Below are positions 22,361-34,307 of a stretch of DNA of 64,000 bases, piece after piece. The stretch lies in assembly GCA_965112155.1 (NCBI GenBank), contig OZ218101.1; one strand, written 5' to 3'. The notes below the pieces were generated by a model, which was not told the origin of the DNA, ran no database searches, and was given only the letters and a program-made list of their open reading frames with translations. Both the position numbers and the translations under genes were made by a program. Source of the DNA: Podarcis liolepis (taxonomy: Eukaryota). How positions within the stretch are numbered: position 1 is the first letter of the stretch; the number at the start of each line of letters is the position of its first letter.

Positions 22361-24261
22361 TAGAGGTCAAATTATTTTCTCCAGCCATAGAGGAGATGTC
22401 AAAGCACTCAGATCTGACGATCCATAAATAAATACCAGAAGGTGCTATAACTGAAGATATTCCCATTCAGTGATAGCATTCAGTAGGCGGCATCTAAGCT
22501 GCAATGTCATATAAACACTTTGGAGAGAGAATAAGAAACATAGTAGAAGTGACATGAGGAGTGAAGACACACTTTAACCAGGCAGCTTCTAGAGGAATAA
22601 ACTTATCAAAATGCACCTGAGGAATGACAAAAGATCATAGTAAGTTGTTTGCAGCTGGAATACGACTATATAACCCCCCCCCAACTTTTGCATTTTCTTC
22701 TCCTGAGATCCAGCACAATAAGTATTGTATAAAAGAATTTCCCCTCCCCAAAGAATCACACAGCTGCCCATCACGTGTAATTCCAGCCTCAGTCTATCAC
22801 TAATGGTTATTCCAAGGTTAAAATGGGAAGGTGGCAGAATAGGATGCCTTGATTATGTGTGTGTGTGAATCCCTTCCCAAAGTGGTTTACAATATCACAC
22901 AACAAATACATTTTTACCATACCGTTCTGTGGATAACCTAGGTGGAACAATGACCTTTACTTAGTGCTTATATAGGCATTGGGGGATATTCACCATTTTT
23001 AATGGTTCTATTTGCCCTGGCATTTAATGAGGGCAGCATTCAGACAGCACTTCATTCCATTTTCCTCCTCCTCTTTTGTTACTCAGTTTTGGTTTTTTTA
23101 TGTGATTTTTCACACAACGTAAAAGCCACTTCTCGAACTCTTATCGGAATCTAATGGGCATTTAGTGCTCATTTCCATTCATTGCCTCCAGGAACGATCC
23201 ATTTGCAACTCTGATAAGCTGCAAAATCTTGGGATGAAATCTGGGGTGGTTTTCCACCATCATGGGTGAATCATGAGGGAACAGAAGGATACATGTACAT
23301 AAAGGCTGGGGTGTTGGTGACATGTCCAGAATTCATGACATTCTGTTGTGTTGGTGACATGTCCAATGATGTCTGCTGTTGTGCGACACCCGCCGGCTAC
23401 TGTTGTGAATGAAATTCAGTAAAACATGGTGATATATCAAGGGAAAAAGCAACAGTTCCAGAAGGCAACAGGTAATGCAGTGTAAAATGAAAATTAGAAA
23501 CCAGGACAGAGGTGCTAGCATTAAAACCACAAATGCTTTGAATGCACCGTAGCAGTGATATTGCTGCATTATTACTGTTTATATTGTTTAATTCTTCTTG
23601 TTGTTTACTGACTGTGTCCTTTTACTGCACTGATGCATTTTTAAAACAGCTTTCAGATTCAGACAGATTGGTTATCTTATCTACCTTGCAGATTTTTGTG
23701 GAATTGGATGGGAAGATAAAAAAATACTTTCAATCAATACTTTTGATCAGTCAATACAATCTACTTTGGGTGGACCTGTACTTTTTTATAAAAAACAAGA
23801 ACCCCCAAACAAATTTAAATTAAACTATGGTAAATCTGCAATGCTAGTTAGTCAGTGCATTGGGTCATGCAGGGGTCGATGACACATTGAAGGGGCAACG
23901 TTTATACCACAGTTACTTGGCATACTCCTGGAAATATAATATGCAAATTGAAATGGAAGTCAGATCCTAGCAGAAGTCAAAGTACTTGCTACACCAATTA
24001 ACCTCCCTCCCTTTCCATTCAAGTAATCATTTATGTCTTAAAAGCATCACAGTTCAAGTGAATGCTTCCTTTGAAAATGGTCTCTAGCTTCATCCTACCA
24101 GTTCAATATCCGTACGTTGTTAATCAGGATTTTATTCACAGTACTGTTTATTTTGCTTTCTCTTCGTATGCAGTTCATGCTAGCTGCAAACTCAGAAGAA
24201 TGTTAATATTATGAGCTTGGGGAAGCTAGTTTTCTGTAGCCAATGCTCTGTACACCCCATG

Positions 24262-24267
<6 letters not shown>

Positions 24268-24300
<33 letters not shown>
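24268..24300. repeat. (GT)n microsatellite
   Basis: Read directly; a shorter one lies at about 24665-24687. Confidence 0.95.
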
Positions 24301-24302
<2 letters not shown>

Positions 24303-25276
24303 CGCCAATCATTCTTATCCTTATTTTAGTTCTAATTTTGCATAAGCAGAAAGAGACCACTCAGTCCATCAAGCGATTACAGGTTTCAACTGTCCTTCTT
24401 TCACTCAGCTAATTGTCTGATTAAAATAAACATTACACTACCTTAAGCTTGGTGACACTTTGATTAGAATTAAGATCACAGCATCTCCCAATTAAGCAAC
24501 ACAGCCACATTTTTGTTGGGTAAATAATTTTAAGCACATTGCTTGAAGCAAAGGAGATGAATGTTTACAATAACACTCTCAATACTGGATACCATTTTGA
24601 TGAAGAAACCATATGAAGAATTTGTGCAAGAGTTGCTCATTTTAAAACCTGAAAACAGGAAATTTGTGTGTGTGTGTGTGTGTGTGTACTCGTACATATG
24701 TACGTACATGTGCACAGTTTGGCTTTTTAATTCACAGATTTCAGTAGACAAGTTAAGGCTGCACTTTAATCTCTCTTAATATGATCAGTAAATGTGAGAC
24801 CAGTAGTGGACTGTATCTGTAGGGCAGGGCAGTGCAAACACACTGACTGGAGCGGCAGTTCAGCTTGGCTGGTGTGTTTGCCCTTTGCTGACCTTGCCGC
24901 TACCTCAACCCTCACCTTCCTGGTAAGCAGCAGTGACTCACATGCCCTGATGTCAGGGGAGTGACTCCACCCCACCTTGCTGTCTGCTACTGGGTGAGAC
25001 CCAATCATTTACCTGAGCAGTTAGTCCGAAAACAAATGTCTTAAATCTGGGTATGGGAGATCCCAGGTCTCTCTATATGGCCCAAGCCATGCACCTTTCC
25101 CCTTCCACATCCTCTTTGTCCCAGGACTCCTCCCTCACCAGCCCTCCTTTTAAACTGTCCTTGGATGCTTTTGCCTGGTTGGGATATGACTTTGAACTCT
25201 GCTAATGCTTGTTGCATGCCTGAATGAAGGAGTGAGTATATGTAGAAAGCAGCCTACGATACAAAGGTAAACGTCA

Positions 25277-25597
25277 TGGCTTAGGGCCTATATACCTGAA
25301 GGAGCGTCTCCACACCCATCATTCAGCCTGGACACTGAGATCCAGCTCCAAGGGCCTTCTGGCAGTTTCCTCAGTGCAAGAAGTGAGGTTACAGGGAACC
25401 AAGCAGAGGTCCTTCTCAGTAGTGGTGCCCATCCTGTGTGACGCCCTCCCAGCAGGTGTCAAGGAAAGAAACAGATAGACTTTCAGAAGACATCTGAAGG
25501 CAGCCCTGTATAGGGAAGTTTTAAAGGTCTGGTATTTGTAATTTGTTGGAAGCCTCCCAGAGTGACTGGGGCAACCCACTCAGATGGGCAGCATATA

Positions 25598-25650
<53 letters not shown>
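25277..25650 (+). mobile_element. L2 LINE 3' end with (AAT)n tail
   Basis: GLGPIYLKERL-type coding remnant, AGAAGACATCTGAAGGCAGCCCTGTATAGGGAAG, and a long (AAT)n tail. Same family as 63514-64000. Confidence 0.88.
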
Positions 25651-25652
<2 letters not shown>

Positions 25653-28600
25653 TTCTCACCGTCTCTACTTTCCCCTCGCCCAGCACTGCTATGTGGTCCT
25701 CCCAAAGGTTCCCCAGAAGCGAAAGCAGATTCCTCATTTTTGCCATCTACTAGGACCCTGGAAATATACTATCTCTGGCCAAATAATTAGCTGGTAGGGG
25801 AAGGACATGGGATGCTAGACTGCCATCTGAAGATCCAGTCATCATAGCTGTCAGAATTGGGGGCTCCAAGCACACAGCTCTAGAGGGGGCCGGGAATTGC
25901 ATGCCAGCCATCTATTTGCTTGCATGATTCCCCTTCCAGCTGAGATGCCTTTTAGCTGGATCAAAGGAAAGACCACAACCCGATACACAAAACTCTGTTG
26001 TCACGAACTGGCCTTAAGCATGGCTAATGCTGTGCTGGATTGTGTCCAAAATGTCATTATGGTGGAAGAATCTTGGCTTTCAGGTTATACTGAGGACTTG
26101 GTCTTACAGTATTGCTGGCAAAAGCTTTCTAAACCCCAGTAGCAGAGACTTTGTGGGTACACCCTCCTCATCTCTTGGTGCTTCTGCCTAGTGTCCTATA
26201 CTTGCTTGCGCCTTTGCTTTCTGCTGCCCTCCCTATCCCATTTCTTTTCACCAGGGGACCCTAGCTAGAAATACTTTGCCTACTTGTAGAATAGAAATGT
26301 TATGGGCAATGTCCCTAACCTTCTCTAGAATAAAATGGAGCTACTGTATGGCTGCCTATATGGGGGGGAAATGCCTTTTGTGAGCTGGCCTCTTTTGTTT
26401 AAACAAAAGGAGGAGAATGAAATATGCTATAGAATACTCAAGCAGATGCTTGCCATTATATTAACACATGTATTATGGTGTATCATGTAATGGTATACTG
26501 TGGGGAATAGTAATGAATAGCTTGGAGCACAATAATGTGCATTGTTGATGTTTGTTAAAATAAAGATATTCAATTTATAATAAAAGGGATTAAAAGCTTA
26601 ATTCATGACTATGTTAATATTTGTCTGCGAGTACACAGATAAATGGTAACGTACCTTATCACATTAAACACCTGCACGTACAAGTTGCTCTGCTGAGATC
26701 TCCATGGGATTGTATGTTTCACAGAGCTTAAACTTTCATTTCCCAAAATAATGATATCATTCATTTACAGATATAGATAGGCTCTCCTTACTCTAATGCT
26801 ATCCTGAAATGAGTATTGTTACTTCAACCACGGGGAAAAAGAGAGGTTTAATTACCACAGTGATTTCCCACTGCATCCATCTGATGATATTTGTGTATAT
26901 AATTTATATACGTCTGCAACAAATCTGATTGCATGACAGACTTGAATTAAGACTTTTTTTCCTAAAAAAAAAAGGGGGGGGAGAAAAATGTGTGACTGCT
27001 GTTAAAGGTAAATGCATCTTCCTACCATGGAAGAGGTGGTGTGTAACACAGATCTCATCTTAATACTAATCTCCGAGTGTCTCCTACTTTCCCCATCAGC
27101 CATTGCTTGTGCTTAACAGGAAAATAATGCAATTTGTGAAGGAAATGCATAATTAGGGAGCATGATTGATGTCCGAACTATTTCATTGTTTCGCTCTGCT
27201 GTGCAAGCGTTTACAGGAATGTTAGGTGGCTGTGCAGACTCTATTTGGAATGTTCCAGAGGACACAATGCCAATTGAAACCCCTGGTATGTCCCTTTCAT
27301 TGCTAAATCAGATGGCAGCCAAATCATTGTCAAGAATTTTCATGGTGAGACCTTAAAAGCATCTTTGTAAACTGTGTAGGAAATTTGTAAAAAAAAAAAA
27401 ATTAGGGCAGCAAAATGAGAGCCACTGGAGCCAGTTTATACATGGACACAATTCGGTATTAAAAACTGCCCGAGGTGGCAGACAATACAGAAGAATTGCT
27501 GTTAATTTTCTAGGAAGAGAAATTGGGTTCATATTTGTTATTTCAAGGGCTGCTGTGTCAGTTTGTAGTGAATTTTGGGGAAGCTATTTCCTTCTCCTTT
27601 TTTTGCGCAATCTTTACTTCAGCTCAGTGTGTGTGTTGCAGAAGATGCTGATTGTTTCAAGCTAAAATGTGTGGCGTAGTGAGAGTATACTAAGCAGCTG
27701 CAGCCAAACGTGCAACATATGCTTATCTTCCACTATTATATAAAAATACTGCTTTTAATTTGGCCGTGTGCAAAAGAGAACAGGGCTCGAAAGTCATAAC
27801 AATCTGCATTTCTGAAATTCCCTTTTCAGTGGGTGTAGATTGTCATGCGAACTATACCTGCTGAAATTCTTTCTCCCACACCACCATTTAGAGTGCAGGG
27901 GTCCTGTCCTCTGTCTCACCTGCCTACCCTGTGTGATTTAATAATTAAGAATTCATCAGTCCTCATCACAAACTGAAGCCTAGGGGTATAAAAACAACAG
28001 CATCATCTGAGTGTTGTTTGCCAATTCTGCAAAATGATAGCAGTTCTTTTCCCGCAGAACATGTTGGTACTTGTGATCTCCAAATAAAAACCTCACCAAA
28101 GAACTACTCTGAGGCTGGGATCCAAAAGCTCTACAGATTAACTCTGAGCAGGGCTTTCAGTGTAGCTGCCCCTGTTCTGTCGAAGAGCATTGTATCAAGA
28201 TAGGGAAGGCAACCTGTATTTTCCGGACACAATGGACAGCAAGTTGTTTTGTTCCAACAAGCTTCCCCAGCTGGATAAATACATCTCTGACACGATTGTC
28301 TGCATTGTATTGTATTAAAACCCAACTTTCTGTGTTGCTTTAAACTTTTTTAAAATTATTATTATTTTTTACTAGTTTTCATTATATCTCACACATCGGC
28401 TTGGAACATATGTGGACGTTGATTAATGAATGAAATTAATTAAATAATCAGACAAGGGTTTTTTCTTATTTCCTGTCCTGCTGTAGCCCTAACACATCCT
28501 TGGAAAATGTAATGTTGAGGTCACAGATGCATGAGCTGAAGCAAAGGAGAGAATTCCACCCACCCTACCCCTTGTGTGTACACCAATCTTTGCTGAAACC

Positions 28601-29358
28601 AAACTTGCAAAAGTTCAGCCTGATTGTTGTTGTTTTTAGATGAGGGCGGGTGAGGCGTTTCATTGCACTAAAGCCCAATGTGCTCGATAACTGTTTGGGC
28701 TTGTGTTCCTGTAACAGGAGCCTCCCATCCAACTCTGCATCATAAACTACTTTTGAAAGGGGATTTTCAAAATCTGTTTATGGGATTCCATTGAGAGCTA
28801 CTGCTCCAAGAACATGCGCAAACCAGGGGTGGACAGATCAGCCTAGTTCAGTTCCAGTCAATTGCACATCTTTCCCCCATTCATTGCTCCATCCCATCCC
28901 ATTTCCACATTGAGCGGAATGCACAAATATTTTGTGTTTTTTATACACATAAAACATTTATTTTTACTGCGAGAACAGCAATGAAAATTCAAAGACATGC
29001 AATATCTAGCAGATTGTTGTTTCGCTTTGAAATGCAAACAAATGTATAAATATCTGGGCATCCCCCAGCCCAAATCCTTAGGCATGTCTAACCCTTTGGC
29101 TTCCGTCTGTCGGGCCCAGCAATAACCATTGCTTTTGTGCATTTGAATTAATTTATGCATGAGAACACACTAACCAATCTTTGGCTTTTCTTGCAACTTT
29201 GAATTTGTTGCAATTGTTAGCTTCTGTTTAATCTACACATATAATTGACTTATATGCAAAGAGTTGGCTGTAAAGAGATTTAGAGCACAGCCTTATACAT
29301 ATGTTCTCAGAAGTGACACCGGCTGAGCTCATTGAGAAGACCTGCTCCCAGCTAAGTA

Positions 29359-29618
29359 CCATATTTTTTGCTCTATAAGACTCACTTTTTCCCTCCTAAA
29401 AAGTAAGGGGAAATGTGTGTGCGTCTTATGGAGTGAATGCAGGCTGCACAGGTACCCCAGAAGCCAGAACAGCAAGAGGGATTGCTGCTTTCACTGCGCA
29501 GCGATCTCTCTTGCTGTTCTGGCTTCTGAGATTCAGAATATTTTTTTTTCTTGTTTTCCTCCTCCAAAAACTAGGTGTGTCTTGTGGTCTGGTGCGTCTT
29601 ATAGAGCAAAAAATACGG
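29359..29618. mobile_element. Tc1/mariner-superfamily (Tc2/pogo-like) MITE
   Basis: 23-bp TIR with 1 mismatch (CCATATTTTTTGCTCTATAAGAC / GTCTTATAGAGCAAAAAATACGG), TA TSD, and an internal hairpin. Confidence 0.9.
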
Positions 29619-29623
29619 TACAT

Positions 29624-29775
29624 ATAGAATCATAGAATTGTAGAGCTGGAAGGGACCCTGGGGATAATCTAGTCCAACCCCCTGAAATGGATGAATATGC
29701 AGTTGTCCCATACAAGGATCGAACCTGCAACTTTGGCATTATCAGCACCACACTGTAACCAAATGAGCTATCCGG
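29624..29775 (-). mobile_element. tRNA-Ile-like headed SINE with CR1-derived tail (intact copy)
   Basis: The minus strand reads GGATAGCTCATTTGGTTACAGTGTGGTGCTGATAATGCCAAAGTTGCAGGTTCGATCC (tRNA-Ile-like), then GGGGTTGGACTAGAT..GGTCCCTTCCAGCTCTACAATTCTATGATTCTAT (CR1 3' end). Confidence 0.88.
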
Positions 29776-30612
29776 GGATTACAGCCTTTTTTTCTTCTTT
29801 TAACAGTTAACTATATTTAGTCTTACTTTTTTAAAAAAAAAAAATCTGAACTGCATACAGAGAGGGGTGGAAATATTTTGTTTTTAGTCTCATATGAAAA
29901 ATCAGCATCACAGTCATGGTCCTATCACAGTTGTAGCAAAAATAGCCTGAGCATAATGAAACATGCACTGTGAAACCATTGACTTTGATATATCGTTGTC
30001 CTTACTCTAATAGGCCTCAAAACACATTGACTTTAATCCGATCATGAGTTTCTAATGTAGATTTTACATTATTACATCCTTTTCCCCCAATAATGCACTT
30101 TTTTTTTTTAACTTCTCAATGACAGTCAGCCTCTTTAATCCCTTCTCTGTTGGCTTACAGTTTAAAAGCAAAGTACAGTTTATTAATTGAATCTTCCTTT
30201 TAATACCTCATTTACTTTTTTTAAATGCAGAAGCTATATTTTCAGCCGAAAGGCAGTCTTTATGTTCAAAGCTTATCTTTTTTTTTTAGTGTGTTGTTTG
30301 ATTGTTCTCTTCCATATAACCACGAAGAGGTTGTAGCCTTTCTAGATTTTTGGTGATTATTACCATGCTTTAATATACGTGTCCCATCAGTGAGATTTTA
30401 GAGGCTGCTGTTAAAAGAAGATTAGTTATATCTGAGCTAAAATAAGAGTTCATTTATTGATAAAATAAGCAGTATTTTATTATTAAATAAAAAGCACCAG
30501 ACCCCCCAAAATGCCAGAAATGATTAAGTAGGACAGATGCTTCTTCTTGAGAGAAAAAGCAGCTCATAGGCAGGGATGCCAACCTTCAGCTCCTGGTTGG
30601 AAAAGCAAGATA

Positions 30613-30846
30613 CAGTGGTACCTCGGGTTACATACACTTCAGGTTACATGCGCTTCAGGTTACAGACTCTGCTAACCCAGAAATAGTGCTTCAGGTTAAG
30701 AACTTTGCTTCAGGATAAGAACAGAAATCGGGCTGTGGCGGCAGTGGGAGGCCCCATTCGCTAAAGTGGTGCTTCAGGTTAAGAACAGTTTCAGGTTAAG
30801 TACAGACCTCCGGAATGAATTAAGTACTTAACCCGAGGTACCACTG
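30613..30846. mobile_element. Tigger/pogo-like MITE
   Basis: Perfect 18-bp TIR CAGTGGTACCTCGGGTTA, TA TSD, and internal CTTCAGGTTA repeats. A sister copy in the opposite orientation lies at 36820-37050. Confidence 0.92.
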
Positions 30847-30855
30847 TACCATTAT

Positions 30856-31406
30856 TTGTCACACAGTGCAGAGTTAAACTGTGGGATGCCCTCCCAGAGA
30901 AGGCAGTGTTGTCCACTAGCTTGGATGATTTCAAAAAAGGATTAGACAAATTCATGGAAGATAAAGGTATCTAGCTACAGTGGAACCTCGGGTTGCAGAC
31001 GTAATCCGTGACGGAGGCACGTCCGCAACCTGCAGCGTTCGTAACCTGCCGTGCTGCGTCTGCGCATGCACGTGATGCGTTTGGTGCTTCTGCGCATGTG
31101 CGAGCGGTGAAACCAAGAAGTAACCCTTTCCGGTACTTCCGGGTTTCCTGCGGTCCGCAACCTGAAAACACGCAACCCGAAGTGTTTGTAACCCGAGGTA
31201 CCGCTATACTAGGCATGATGGCTGTTGCTCTACAACCTCTTGACCAGAAACACCAGTTTCCAGAAACTGCAGGAAGGAAGAGTGCTATTGTGTGCTATTC
31301 CTGCTTGCAGTTTTCCCAGAGGCCTCTTTGTTGGCCACTGTGGGAACAGGATACTGGACTAGGTGAGCTATTGGCCTGATCCAGCAGGCTGTTGTGTTCT
31401 TATGTA
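30856..31406 (+). mobile_element. Old CR1-type LINE 3' fragment interrupted by a MITE
   Basis: GTTAAACTGTGGGATGCCCT..TTCAAAAAAGGATTAGACAAATTCATGGA lies before the MITE. TTGGCCACTGTG..GGACTAG..GGCCTGATCCAGCAGG..TTCTTATG lies after it. Confidence 0.7.
30978..31206. mobile_element. Tigger/pogo-like MITE, CpG-rich
   Basis: TIR CAGTGGAACCTCGGGTTGCA / TGTAACCCGAGGTACCGCTA with TA flanks. Confidence 0.85.
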
Positions 31407-32081
31407 ATGCCATTCACAGATCACATAAAAAAAGCCAGAAAAGCAGCTACCTCACTTTGAGTGCAGCGTCTCCCAGTCCTGATATTTACAGCAAAATACC
31501 AAAACAAACAAAAAGTTTGCCAACCCCAGTAAAAGAAGAGAAGCAGAAATTCTCAAAAAGTTCCACAACTTTGGTGTCTGAGCTGGCCTGTCTCACGGGA
31601 CTGTGCAAAGCTGAAAAGGGGAAGGCGGAGACAGTGTACACAGACTTGGGGTCATGCGAGGAAAAACAAGATGCAAACACATACCAACAACCATCAAATT
31701 ATGTGCAGTTTCACAGAAGGAGAGAGAGGGAGAGAATACATTTTATTATTGTATTGGTGTATATATTTCTTCTGTGGTTGATATGACCTTGATGGTTAAA
31801 TAATTCTAAATGTTTTAAAACACACAATAATTGTAAAATGTTTTTTATTTGTTGCATAAACAAATAAGGGTTAAGTGGGTACTTTATTGATATAGATATA
31901 GATGAGGAAAGAAACGCTAGACCTTATCCAAGCTCTGATCACCTTATTTGAAAGCCTTCAAAATTCAGAGATGAGTGACTGACAAACTTAAGCTACCAAG
32001 TGTCTCAACAGCATTGATTTCATTGTTTCTTGAACCAAAAAAGGGGGGAAGACAGGTGGGTAGTGTTCTCATATAGTCTAG

Positions 32082-32096
32082 CCAGTAGGTGGTGCT
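32082..32096 (+). promoter_or_regulatory. Candidate CTCF-binding motif
   Basis: CCAGTAGGTGGTGCT is one C>T change from the CCASYAGRKGGCRS core. This is a motif match only. Confidence 0.35.
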
Positions 32097-32487
32097 AGGC
32101 TTAGTTGTAGCTGGTTGGAGACAGGGGTATCCATTATTATATGGTTCTTCTTGGACAGAGAGACACTAATGCTAACCTCTTGACTAGTGTGCCCTCTAAG
32201 CCTTCTATGACTCAGAGCAGCAGGGAACAAAACGTGGTCAAGTTATGGCAAACGTTGTTTTGTTTGTTGTTGTTGTTGTTGTTAGCATACTTGGCCCTGT
32301 TTCTGTATAACAAGAGTTTTTGAATGTCTGGTTATGGATTGGCCTATTACTATATGTCCTAGGGGTAAATTAATATTCTAGCTAAATAAAAGTAAGACAT
32401 AATTTGGGAAACATAGCATAAATCCAGACCTGTAAAAAAAATAATGAATAGAAAATAGTCTATTGGACATATTGACTGAGCTTAAAA

Positions 32488-32811
32488 CAGGGGTAGGCAG
32501 CCTAAGGCCCATGGGCTGGATGCAGCCCAATCGCCTTCTCAATTCAGCCCACGGACGGTCTGGTAATCAGCATGTTTTTACATGAGTAGAATGTGTCCTT
32601 TCATTTAAAATGCATTTCTGGGTTATTTGTGGGGCCTGCCTGGTGTTTTTACATGAGTAGAATGTGTGCTTTTATTTAAAATGCATCTCTGGGTTATTTC
32701 TGGGGCATAGGAATTTGTTCATTCCCACCCCCCCAAAAAAAATAGTCCGGCCCACCACATGGTCTGAGGGACAGTTGACCAGCCCACGCTGAAAAAGGTT
32801 GCTGACCCCTG
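32488..32811. mobile_element. hAT (Charlie-type) MITE, 324 bp
   Basis: TIRs CAGGGGTAGGCAGCCT / AGGTTGCTGACCCCTG; perfect 8-bp TSD GCTTAAAA at 32480-32487 and 32812-32819; internal ~65-70-bp tandem duplication (TGTTTTTACATGAGTAGAATGTGT...). Confidence 0.93.
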
Positions 32812-34049
32812 GCTTAAAATGTTAAATACCATGAGTCAAAAGTTGCAAAAGTCAATAGACTTATTTACTTATTTAAGGAAGAAGTTTATTTGGTGTATAA
32901 TGACTTGACAATCCCTTGTGCAGCAGACATTAGCGCCAGCAATTTGTTCAAAGTTTTCAAGTTAGCAAAATGAACTAGTTAGTATGCAGATTAAACACAG
33001 GAGGGGGCAGGAAGGGAAGTGATTAATTAAAGTCTTATTAGAACAGTTGCCAAGTCATCACTAGTATAGACATAGATTTCTGCCAGGAAAGCAGATAGGA
33101 GTTGAAATGATAAACACTGGATAGGTGACAATCTGGAATGCATAACATTTTGTCCTAATGTAGGCTGGGCATTAAGAAATTACAGTACCTTGAGAAATAT
33201 ATTGAAAACAGTTCTGTATGGGACTTGCTGAATGTCTATTGCTGGTGCAGGACTTCTTATTTTTGGTTAACATTTTGTGGGGGAGAGAATGTTTTTTGTT
33301 GATTGGTCAGTTGTTTGCTTGGTGTCTGAAATATAGTTACTTACTTAATTATTAATTATTACTGTTTTTAAAAAAACTATTATCAAAAGTGCCACTGTAA
33401 TATCTAAAAACATTTTACGTATGTTCAGTGCTGTATTATCTTGAAGCAAAGCAGGTGCAAAGCAGAAGCTAGGAGCCAAATAGCTTCTGGGGCCTGGGAT
33501 GTGGGCTCCGCAGGGGAGTGGAGGCGTCAGCAACATTTATTATTTATTATTTTGATAAGCATGAACTAATACGTGATTCACATAAGTGACACATTATTAA
33601 TATCACATTGTTAATGTTTAATCGGGTGTTTACAATTAAAATATTGGTACCATACTTCAGTTTTCAAAACACTCTACTCTTTATTGTTAAAACTCCTTAA
33701 CATGTTGTCTATCCTTAACATATACTTTGAGGCTTCAAAGCACATACATTTCAGTAACTCTTGAGTGTCAGCTAGGTGCAAAATATGGCACTCAGGCTCT
33801 TGGAGGTGCTCGCAAATGAAGAATCTTTAGGCGCAAAATTCTCCTGGCGCCCTGCTAATTTCGAACCCTGTGCAAAGGGTAAGTTATAAACATAAAAGGC
33901 TTAAGGCAGCTCAACAGCTATACATACTGATGATTTCTCTCCCTTTGTCTTGCTCTCTCAGGGTTTTCTTTGCAAAACTTTTTTTTAAGGTTTCAAGATG
34001 AATAAATTACTAAAAATGTCCAGAGTATATTGAGGACGGGGACAGGCAT

Positions 34050-34307
34050 TGTTATGTACTGAAGTTCTCACCCTGGGCCAGCAGGGGGATACTGTAGATA
34101 GTTCAGGTCCACGTATGCAAATAAGGGATCGAAAGTGATGTTCAGTGATTGGATAGTTACAGAAAATGGTTACTGTTGCGTTCTAGTGGAGCTCTATATA
34201 AGCAGGCTGGCTGAACCCTTCAGTTCAGTTCTGTTCTGGCCTGTGAATAAACAAGAGCTGTTTGAAGAATCGCTGTGTCATCTGATATGTTCACCCACAA
34301 CTTAACA
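34050..34307 (+). mobile_element. Solo LTR of an LTR retrotransposon (258 bp)
   Basis: TGTTA...TAACA termini, perfect 5-bp TSD GGCAT (34045-34049 and 34308-34312), TATATAA at 34195-34201 and AATAAA at 34246-34251 in the expected order. Confidence 0.9.

Noticed and set aside
23311-23365. 18-bp direct repeat GTGTTGGTGACATGTCCA with 37-bp period
   Set aside because: Only two copies; an ordinary small slippage duplication.
24590-24662. Minus-strand exon candidate after a good acceptor (TTTCCTGTTTTCAG)
   Set aside because: Weak donor and no recognisable peptide; it cannot be supported without RNA data.
29700-29775. tRNA genes at SINE heads (also 3522-3563, 22005-22080, 48510-48580)
   Set aside because: The cloverleaves are degenerate and fused to LINE-derived tails; these are SINE heads, not tRNA genes.
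31394-31786. 130-aa Lys/Ser-rich ORF
   Set aside because: It starts in a CR1 tail, has no known domain and no clear splice donor. It is consistent with a chance ORF in A-rich DNA.
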